Source of the DNA: Elsinoe ampelina
Lineage: Eukaryota
Assembly: GCA_010093995.1 (NCBI GenBank)
Contig: ML992508.1
Coordinates: forward strand, 220,506-284,505
Direction of reading: 5' to 3'
Length of the DNA: 64,000 nucleotides
Positions 22,502 through 32,392 of this stretch are shown piece after piece. The notes under the pieces were generated by a model, which was given only the letters and a program-made list of their open reading frames with translations, did not search any database and had not been told where the DNA came from. The position numbers and the translations under genes are program-made. Position 1 is the first letter of the stretch. Every line of letters begins with the position of its first letter.

Positions 22502-22657
22502 GGAGTTGTAGCTCATCTGGGAGAGCGCCAGAGTAAGTCTTGCGCATCCAAAATACTAGATTCCGGCTGATCCCCCTATCGCTGAAGAAACACTTCGGTT
22601 ATACACATACAATGTATGGCAATCTGGAGGTAGAGTGTTCGATCCACTCCAACTTCA
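22502..22657 (+). tRNA. tRNA-Phe(GAA) gene with two interruptions: exons 22502-22532, 22582-22587, 22622-22657
   Basis: Acceptor GGAGTTG/CAACTTC+A73; D arm GCTC/GAGC with G18G19G20; anticodon stem CCAGA/TCTGG; loop CTGAAG|A; T arm GAGTG-TTCGATC-CACTC; TTTTT terminator at 22662-22666. The joined exons closely resemble the yeast tRNA-Phe core GAGAGCGCCAGACTGAAGATCTGGAGGT. Confidence 0.9.
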
Positions 22658-22661
22658 TGCG

Positions 22662-22666
22662 TTTTT
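22662..22666 (+). terminator. RNA polymerase III T-run terminator
   Basis: TTTTT 5 nt after the tRNA discriminator base. Confidence 0.7.
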
Positions 22667-22712
22667 GTTGCATTGCAATCAATTAGGATACATCGCGGGC
22701 ATTGCGAAATGA

Positions 22713-22778
22713 TACCTCTAGCTCACTGAGGCTGGGAGAGTGTGGTACCCCAGCTCACTGAGGTCGGGAGAGAGTGTG
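22713..22778 (+). repeat. Two ~33-bp imperfect direct repeats downstream of the tRNA
   Basis: tacctctagctcactgaggctgggagagtgtg / taccccagctcactgaggtcgggagagagtgtg. Confidence 0.75.
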
Positions 22779-23028
22779 ACTGAGGTATTCAGGTTCCGAG
22801 CAACCTTGAAACACGAGCCAAGCTACACACGAAGTAACGTTTGTGATGGGAAACGATCAAAGAAATGATGCACTTGACGAGGTTCATGAAGCTGATTGGC
22901 GAGACCAAGGTAAGAGAACACATGGAGTGCATCGTTTTTATCATCGACTTGATTCAATATGCATAGCGATCATTGCACGAAGTTGACATAGCGCAATGGT
23001 GAATTATTCATCATTGTACGTCAGTAGT

Positions 23029-25250
23029 GTCGTGGCAAAAATCCCCGCAAGTTGAACTCGCCGAATTCTCTCCATCTTTAGTAGATGTTATATGCTCGTC
23101 GAGGACACGAGAAATCCGGTAACAATACTGAGCAGTACATGAGTGTCGCCAGCAGAGTTATAAACACTTTATAAGTAAGGATTATTAGGACACATTATCC
23201 TGCCGGCATGTTACAGAGTCAACCTTTGTAGTCCCTATTATGTTAGTAATATAAGTTAAACACACCTAGGAGAGTCTGCATGATATCTAGTATATCTGTC
23301 TAGCATCTCTATAGAACTAGAAGGTAGCAATCAGGGTCTTTGCCAGCTTATAGTAACACTACACTTATTGCTCTTCGGTCGAAATTTTCGAAGGTATAGT
23401 TAACCTAATAGCTTTAATGCCTAAACCCTACAGCTCGAAGATTCTAAATTATCTCCTTAGACAAAAAGGCATCCTGTTAGAATACCTACATCGTAGGCTC
23501 CTTAAAATCTATAGAGATAACGGAGTACATGCTTAGGTTACTAGAAGAGTAAGCCTTACTTTATAGTAATACTATCTTAAAATGCTAAATTAGAAACTCT
23601 AGGCTCGTAGATGCTACATAATATAACAATCTTACTGTCGGCTATTTATACACAACTAAGGCTTACTTTTAGAAATCCTAGCGCATAGGCCTACTAAGCT
23701 ATACTAGCTTTACTACTTTTTGTATATAGACAATACATCTTTATAGGCTATGCTTAATTCTTATTGTATAAAGCTGTAATTAAGGTAGTAAATAGCTATA
23801 CTATTGAATTAAAGGTGTAAGTGCTTAATAGTTAGTGCTTTTACTATTACGTTGCTATAGCTAGTATACTCTATCTAGCATCTCCTCTACTAGCTTATCT
23901 ATCTAATTCTATAGTATATCCTTCTATTCTTCTTAAATAAAGCGTTTTAGCTCTTTATTAGTTGTTAGTGTACGTTGCTTAATATGCTACTTAACTCTCC
24001 GCTAGCAGTTCTTAATAATAGTTATATTAGGTAATTTAGTACAATTAGCGTAATATTAGAAGCTTAGTAGTAAGTCTTTATATAGCTTAACTAGATTATA
24101 GGTTAATTGAGTGCTATAAGCGCTATTATTGTCTTCTTCTAGTATAAAGGCTTCCTTCTTAAACTATACATTGTTCTAGTACTTCTTAATATAAGGGATA
24201 AAGATGCTATAAAGATAGGTAAACTAATTAAGGTTGCCGCTAATAGTAAGCACTAAGGGTTGCTTCTTATAGTAGTCGTGTTTATAACTCGCCTTGTCTT
24301 TATACCGGTGCTTATAGCTAGGCTATAAGTCGTTTAATAGGCGTAACTTAGCTTCCTCTATCTTAAGAATAGCCCCTAAAGGCTAAGGGTTAACATCGAC
24401 AAGGTCGGCCTCTAGTATAGCCTTTTGCTTGTTAATTGTCTTTAGTAGTAGCAAATTAGAGTAGAATACAAGCTCTAACTTAAAGCCGTAGCCGACTATC
24501 CCCTAGATATGTACTATTATCTTTATAGTCTTCTTTTTAAACTAGATCTTGTTTAGGTTGTTCCTCTAGCCTTAGCGGCGATAGATTATAGTAGTAGCTC
24601 TTAAGTTATAGTAAAAATAAGACTTATTAGTAAATCTAACGCTTTTCTAGAAGTCTAAGTCTTTATAGCGGTAGATTTTAGCCTACGCTTTATAAGCTGC
24701 TATATTCTTAGCCTTTAGCTAGCCCTTCTATTTAGCCTTAAACTTAAAGATACTATAGCCTTATATAGCTCTATATAGTGTCTAAGGGTTAACATCTAGA
24801 TAGAACAAGTCTACTAGCTACTAGTAAGTCTTTTTAGCGTTACTAAAGCTACTATCGACAAAGCGCTAGATATAATAGAGTAGACAGTTGTTAATAATAG
24901 AGGTTCTTCTAGGCCACTTAGATCTAGGCCTCTAAGCTAATCTAGTAAGTATCTACTATATAGAACGCTTAGGAACCTTTATTATATATAATATCTAGCT
25001 TATAGGGAATTTGGTGTATCTAGGTAGTAGTAGTGCTACTCTAAGGGCGTAACAGCTAGCGCGGATTAGAGTAGGCTACTTGTGCCCCTTAGTATATTTC
25101 TAATTAGCCTCCGGAGTTAGCGTGCGTAAATTGGAATAAGGTAATTCGGCCATGGCGAGTTCATTAGGAAAAAAATCAAAGCAATTGGAGCAAAATTAGT
25201 AGTGTTATAAAGGTGTGCAATTTGGTGGTGGAATCTTGGTGTGCCACGAC
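23029..25250 (-). mobile_element. RIP-inactivated Tc1/mariner-superfamily DNA transposon, ~2.2 kb
   Basis: Reversing G>A and C>T changes on the minus strand gives WKSVRFTDESHF (~24650-24615), VHIWGMVGYGFKSELVFY (~24515-24460), LEEDNDSAHGT (D at 24131-24133) and SPDMTIIENCW (E at 24011-24013). Inverted ends: GTCGTGGCA 23029-23037 / TGCCACGAC 25242-25250 followed by TA, plus an inner block TGAACTCGCC / GGCGAGTTCA. Confidence 0.88.
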
Positions 25251-25817
25251 TAAAAAAATTGAGCCTTGGACGTGTGGTTCGGCGTGTGTGTAATCGCATT
25301 ATGACAGGTTCCGCCCACAGCCTTCATACATGCATGGCAGCTGTACTGGCATTCTACTGACGAAGCGCTGAAGTACTCGCCATGCGACTTCGACACCTTG
25401 TCCTTGCTCAGCTTCTGCCTGATGGAGAGCCGCTTTGCAAGAGAATGGACAAAAAGGCAAATGCTAGACGGCAGTGTTGTAGTCGGATCAGAATGAGTGC
25501 AGCAAGTACTGTACCGATGATTGCGTCCCGCCCATAGGGATGCGACGAAGCTTCCTTAATAGTGCTAGCCTTTGCCAAGGTCTCCCCGTGGTCAAATGTC
25601 CACGTTCACGGGCAGAGGGACTTCAATTGCGTGAAAAGGCGGATTTGCGTTTTAGCCTGGGAACACAGTCATTCCACAACAAGGTAACAACGACAGATTG
25701 GGGTCGTTTTCGCGTCAAGGTCGTTGAGCCATTGTGACAGCACCTCTCGTCAAGCAGCAGAACCCCCACCTCACCATTTCCCCTCTGCCCTCCCACCTCT
25801 CGTCACCCTCCTCCTCA

Positions 25818-28800
25818 TCACCCCTCGACCGTCCCGTTAAGCATATACATACTCAACCTATTCGGTCCTCCACAATATTGACTCCCATTCCCACTACAAG
25901 TCATCCCACACCCAGCCGCCACCCCATCGCCCTCAACAAGCACACTCCCAACCTGCAGATCATTCCCGGCATAACACTCCCCACCATACTCTACCCCAAA
26001 CCACTTCCATCCCCCACTTACCACCGCGTCGTAGCACCAGTCCACGCTCCCCTTTCCTGCTGGCACAGGCGGGATATACCCCGTTAACGCACGGGAGTTG
26101 GTCGCTTCAGTGTAGCATCCTGCGTAGGAATAGGCGCCGATGGATGGGACGGCGCTGGGTCCGGCGGGCGTGGGAGGGAGCGCGACGGTCGAGTTGAGCT
26201 TGTACATGTTGAGTCTGTTGGGGCCGCCGCAGTATTCGGTTGCGTTGCCGCCGCAGAGCATGTTGCAGCCTGTGTCTGCTGGGGTGGCGCCAGGGACGAG
26301 GGCGGAGCCGGTCTGGATGGTGTTGCCGCCTGTGACAGACGGTTGGTCAGTTGACGAACTCGGATGAATGGACAGGATGGTGACTTACAATAGCATTCGT
26401 TGCTGTATTCGACGCCAAAGTATTGGTAGCCTGAGCACTTGGATTCACAGTACTCGACTGAGCCGCCTTCTTCGGGAGGAGCAATGTTGGCACCGGACAG
26501 GGCGCGGCCGTTGGTACCTTCGGAGTAGCAGCCGATATAATCGTACGGACCCGATGAGTTGGCCGTTACTGGTCCCCCGACTGGACCCGATGGGCCTCCT
26601 GGGCCACCAGTAGAATTGTAAGTCTGGTCAGTGATAGTGTACTTGGTGGTATCATAGTACACAGAGATATAGCCTGTATCCGCACCACCACCACAACTCT
26701 GCGATGCGTCGCCGGTACAAGCAAAGGTGCATTGTCGATCAGATTCTGCAGTGTAATAGAGGCCAGAGGGAAGCTTGTTACCCGCCCAGCATTCTTGTTG
26801 GTATTCTGTACCCACGAAGACCGAGTTGGCTGTCAGTCCAGCTGTCTGGCACTGTTGGTTCGTGTTGCCTGTCACATCTGCGTAAAGCTGGTTTGGCAGG
26901 AGTCGTCCACCAACGTTGTCCTTGTAGCAACCAAGATACTGGTATCTCGCAGTCCCGTTGGGGTACAATGGACCGATCTGCTTGGTGTGAATGGTTCCTC
27001 GCATCTCGACAACGTGAACGCCAAAATCAAGGTCATCCACGTTCAACGTCCATTCATTCGTGACGAGCTGATCCGGGAGGTTCGGGACTGATGGTTGAGG
27101 CTGGAAGACTACCACGCCATAGGCACACTCGCCGATGCCGATTGCTTGTGACTCGTGAAGATCGATGCCGTAGTTGAGAGCACGTATCGTGCCAAGAGGA
27201 GGCTTCGACTTGGTGACCGTCAAGACCGAGCCGCCTTCATTACAAATTCGGATCTGGCGCTGAGCAGTATCACCAGGAGCGACGACGCCGAAATCCATGA
27301 TCAGATTCGTCTCGGCCAGCCATCCACCTTCAGACGTCGAGATGGAGAAGTTGGCCCGCGGTGCGGTAGATGCAGAACCTTCCAAGATGATGAGCTTGCT
27401 ACCGCCATCCGACCACATGTTGAAGTACGACAAGTATGATCCTACCCCGGTAGTCGGGGTGAAGGTCGCTGGAATCTGCAGACTTTGTCCCGCTGTCAAC
27501 TTAGACCCGATCGGAGGCAAACTTGCTGTCGTGAAACCAGGACCAAGATCCCAGACGCCATTCGTCGAAGTGATATTAGTGAAGTCATCTGCTCCTCCGT
27601 CATCGTCGTCGTCACCAATTTGTGTCGAATAAGCGTATCCCAGAACTGTCAAGTCGCCCTGACCCAAGTTTGCCAATGTGAAAGACAGCTGTGCAGTCGG
27701 GTTCTCATCGCCTGGAATACCCAAGACGAGCCCGCCAAAATCTACAGTCTGTGGAGTGAGCTGCAAGAACGGCTTTGAAGATACCTGTGTACCGGTCAAG
27801 CTGACAGGAAAGTTGGTGGTGTAACCGGCCACGCCGTTGACCGTGGAAATAGTGAGAGCTGCACTCTTGATGCCCGGTGTGATATTGCCATAGCTAGCAT
27901 TGACGGCATTTGAGACGGTTGTATCTGTAAGATTCCAAATGACGGATATCGAAAAGCTTTGGCCTTTGGCGACTGCTCCCTTCGGAATCGTGGTAGTATC
28001 AATTTCGAAATGGAGATCGCTGACGGTCACACTGCTAATCTGATTGACGTTGATCAAGGCCGTGCAATTGACCTTTTGCGGCGTCGACTTGGATCCTAAA
28101 CCTACGGAACCGAATGAGACTGGAGATGAGCACTCCAATGGGAGATTTACGGGAGAGCCGAGGCAGTAGAGCACACCATTTGCATCAGTCGTGTACAGTC
28201 GGGTATCACCAAATGCGGGTCGCTGAAACTTGTTCGAACCACCAGTCTGCGGCAAATTGATCCTCTTCAAAGATCTATCTGCCTGCGGAATTGCATACCA
28301 CGCACGAAGCCCGGCATCAGGGTCGGTTAGCCACACTATCCCAGTCCCCGGCTGACCCTTGTATGAAGTCAAGGTCGGAGTGCCGGGACCAACTCGTCCG
28401 GCCGAGATCTCCTTTGTTGCTCCTGCGAAAGAGAATTGCGGTACTCCAGCGCCGGTGAAGCCAAGCTTGTAGACTGAAGTAGGATTTCCAACAGGAGTTG
28501 AGTAGATGTAGCCACCCTCGAGCGGATAGGAGCCCACGCCACCGAATACGGCTTGATTGGTCACAATGGTTTGCACAATCTTGTCGGTCTGGCCTGGTCC
28601 TTGTTTGTAGCCGCCGAGGTCGTTGCCGTTCATGAAGTAGATCTTGCCATTCTTTCCGGTAGTGATTGCGATTTGGGTCACGCCCGTCCCTCTGAACACT
28701 GTTGGGTCGAGCAAAGCAACGCCTCCTGATCCAAAATCTTGATCTCCTCCGTCCATGTTGATGTAATCAAAAGGTTGGAAGTAGTCGATCAAGCTGAGCT

Positions 28801-29884
28801 TGCCGCTAGTCTGGTCAATCCCGACACTGATGACAGCTTCTCCGAGAGTTCTCAGTCCTGACTGACCAGAAGCAGGAGTGCCTCTGTTCTCTCCTTGCCC
28901 AGCGCCATTCCCGGTGGAGAAGAATAGTCGACTACCAGAATCGGTCGATATGGACATGCCAGCCATCCAGACTCCTGCGAGTCCACCGCCGCCATTCTGG
29001 TCCCAAACGCCACCGAAGTTTGAGTTTGGACCACTCATTGTTACCCAATTAGCCGCGACCTTGCCAGTTGCCACATTGACTCCGAGGATAGTGCCAGTGT
29101 AGTTGAACAGATCACAGTGACCACCGAAGCCACCGTAGACGTAACTACCAAGCTGGATGAGTGATGCTCGCTGCAGGATTGTGCCTCCCACAAAGTACTT
29201 CCTGTCGTCGTTGTCTGCTACTGAGCCGTCAATCAAGACTGGGTACCCTGGTCGTTCGTCGAGTGTCCTGATATCAACCGCGTGGAAGTAGTATACTCCA
29301 TTGTATGTGCCAGTATTACCAGGTGTCCGAAGGTTCGGAATGTACGTTTTAGCAAAAAAGTAAGCTGTGTCCGTGTTTGGATCAATGACTGGTGTTCCAG
29401 TAATGCCGATTGTGTTTGGAATGTCGGTACAACCAATATCTGATTGCAAAAACGGAGTGTTCACTTGGCGTTCCTTGATCAGTGTGCCTGACTTTGCATC
29501 GAGAATCCGGATCCAATTTTGGGAGGAAGCGAGGAACACTACTTGGTTCATGCCCGTCGGTGTATACGTCAGTGGTTTGGCGTAGAACTGATCACGTCAG
29601 AGGGCACCTAGGGGATCGAAACGACAACCTCACCTGCTCCTTGTTCAAGAAGGGGTATTTCCACAGCAGCCCAAACTCGGCCGAATCGACCACTGCAGGG
29701 TCCATGTTGTGGTTGTCAGAGTAAGAGTTCTGCATGGTGTCCGCATCTCGGTATTCATCTGCCATGAATTAGATTAGATTTGGGTATGTTCGTAGGTTGC
29801 AAGCTGAGACCCACCAGTTGATGCCAATGAGAAGACTCTTAGAGCCAGACTCAATAAGATGACGACCAGGTTGATTCTTGCCAT
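25818..29884 (-). CDS. Large secreted protein: putative PQQ-like beta-propeller, Ig/ASH-like repeats and three C-terminal WSC domains; multi-exon
   Basis: Signal peptide MARINLVVILLSLALRVFS (ATG 29884); GITGTPVID, DQDFGSGGVALL; WSC motifs YLGCYKD...GTEYQQECW, YIGCYSE...GVEYSNECYC, YAGCYTE...GVEYGGECY; introns at ~29763-29815, ~29589-29634 and ~26331-26387. Confidence 0.85.
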
Positions 29885-30895
29885 CTTGATAGCCAGTAGT
29901 ATGCTTGAAGTGCTCAATTGCTAACCTGCTGAGCAGTAACAATGACTCGGGGCTGTAGGATTTCAATTAAGCATTACGGTAGGATTATGAGTTAATTGAT
30001 CAACGAGACAAGAAGTGTAATCGCCAAACCTAGAGTCTACTGACCAAGCCCACGCAAGGAGCGACGGGAATGCTGGCAGGGACATGTGTATCTTAAACAT
30101 GTGCGCCGCTTCGTATACCTATGATAGCGATGGACCGAGATGAACCGGGTCGATCAAAAATAGCTGAAGATGGTATGGCGGCTATCTAGTGGCGTGCCAC
30201 AAAGCGTGAGAGCTCCCCAGAAATCTCTCACATGGTCAAGTCAAGTGAGGAGAGTCAGACTGCGGCACAAAAGGCATGCGCTAAATCATCGAGGTCGTAT
30301 CTTGACTCTTGTAATGGGAAAGTGGTGGGTTGCCTGGTGTGCTTTTTGGGCGGACGGAACTTGTGGCAGGATTCGATAGCGTCCATTTGGGAATTTTGAT
30401 GAACGAGAGGAGAAATGAAAGGCTTTTGATCAAGCTTCGGCAGTCGGCAGAGGTTTGACCACAATCTCGACGAGTTTCTACGCTCATTCTTTGACGGGGA
30501 TCTCTATAGATCTGTACTGCTTTATGTAGTCTTGTTCAGCGTGGTCTATTTAGCCGCGATCACAGACTGCGAAATCGTCTTTGACATGCATGCATATCTC
30601 TACCCACATGTGCTGAACTTGAGGCTTGTTCTAGAAATGGCCCTGCATGAACTAGCGATTCCAAGGCTCGAGAGAATGCTACTTTCGGCCTGTCCCGGGC
30701 TTGTTCATGCAACGTAGCTGAAGTTCCGGCGGTGGACACTGCTGCACGGCTGCTACTAATCTTTGATAAGGATTCTCATTCCGCCCATCCACAACCCGTT
30801 TGCCATATCATCAAACTTCATCAATGCAGAGCTTGACACTGTCTTATCGTGGTTGACACCTTGGTATATATCCACTCTGCACTACTGCACGATTC

Positions 30896-32138
30896 TCACT
30901 GTAACCGCTGCAGTCGCTCATACTCCAGCGACGCCAGGATAAAAGCATTCGTCCCCAGTACGCTGTTGTAAGCTATCGGTTGATTCACGTAGTACTACCA
31001 ATCCGTCAGTCAAGGTTCCTTTCCGTGTCTCCATTCGAGTACCCACCTCAAACGTTGCCGTCGAGTTCAAGCTGCACACGCTCACCGTCCGGTCATACTC
31101 CAGCGTCCCATTCCCCGTATCCACCACGAATTCATCAACAATATACCTATACCCCCTCACCGCCACCTCCGTCCAATTCCTCCCCGCTCCATCCTCCAGA
31201 TACCCCAACCTCACCCCCTTCAACATCGCATACACAAACATCGCACTAGCACTACTCTCCAGATAATTTCCCTTCCTCCCCCCCTGATCCATCACCTGCC
31301 ACCAAACCCCACTCCCCTCATCCCTCACCCTCACCACCCCCTCCATAATCCCCGCAAACCGCTCCACCAACAACTCCCTCACATCCCCCGCCCTCTCCGC
31401 GAACAGCTCCACAACATCCACCAACGCCATGACATACCACCCCAGACTCCGTCCCCACACGATCGGACTCGCTCCCGTGACCGGATCCGCCCAGCTCGCT
31501 TTCCGGTTATAATCGTACCCATGCACGAGCAGCCCCGTCTCCGCCTTTCTCGTCCGATTCCACAGCTGCCCGAGCTGCGACACCAGATCTGCTCTCGCGG
31601 TGGCGTTCCAGCGATCGTAGTCTTTGTTGTACGTGGCGTAGAAGGAACACAGGCTGAACATGCCGTCGAGGTAGGACCAGCCGGGGTAGACGTAGTACTG
31701 GAGTCCGCCTTTGGGGTTGCGGGGTTGGAGGTCGATGCTGGACCGTAGGGCTTCGAAGCCGGCGCGGTAGTTTTCGTCGCCGGTGGAGGCGTAGAGGGAG
31801 AGCATGGCGTCGCCTGTGGAGAGGCGGTCGAGCGGGAGGAGGGTGTCGTTCTGGGGGGAGAGGATGGTGGGGAGGACGGAGTTGACGGAGGTGAGGATGT
31901 GGGAGGAGATGAGTGGAGAGGAGGGGTGGGTGGGGTAGAGGGCGAGGAGTTGGGAGAAGGTCTTTTGGGTGAAGCCGGATTGAAGCCAGGAGGATTTCTC
32001 AGTGGGTTTGATGAGGATGCCTTGGTTGCGGGAGATGAGTGAAAGGGCCATATCGACGGAGTAGAGTCGGGGTGGAGAGGCGGCGGAGATGAGAGAGGTG
32101 AGGAAGGTCAAGATGAGGCTAAGTATGGAGAGATGCAT
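30896..32138 (-). CDS. Secreted glycoside hydrolase family 105 (GH88/105 fold; unsaturated rhamnogalacturonyl hydrolase-like)
   Basis: WSYLDGM, GLLVHGYD, WGRSLGWYVMALVD, NYLESSASAMFVY, VSVCSL; 3' intron ~30998-31047 gives C-terminus YYVNQPIAYNSVLGTNAFILASLEYE. Confidence 0.9.
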
Positions 32139-32392
32139 GATGAGCAGCTTGCATGGACTTCCTATGGACACAGAAAGGGGATGCCGCTATGGAAGAGAAG
32201 AGGTGTAGAAGAGCAGGGATGATCAAATTTTCAAATGCGTCAAGGGTGGGAAGTCATTCATTGATTAATTCGTCTTACATGATCGGCGTGTTCATGTGGG
32301 TGGGAAAGTAGGTTGTTAGCCCGCAATAGAGGGCTGATCCACAGTAATTGTAATCCGATATCGCAATCCCAATAAATCCGCATCGGTTCCAT

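Noticed and set aside
22533..22621. Reading the tRNA as Leu(AAG) with one 83-nt intron
   Set aside because: It would need G32 and T37 and lacks the long variable arm of Leu tRNAs; the body and the embedded CTGAAG plus CTTCGG intron are Phe-type.
15116..22657. Functional linkage between SEN54 and the unusual tRNA 6 kb away
   Set aside because: Two unrelated genes intervene; proximity alone is not evidence.
22713..22790. CRISPR-like array
   Set aside because: Eukaryotic context, only two imperfect adjacent units, no spacers and no cas genes.
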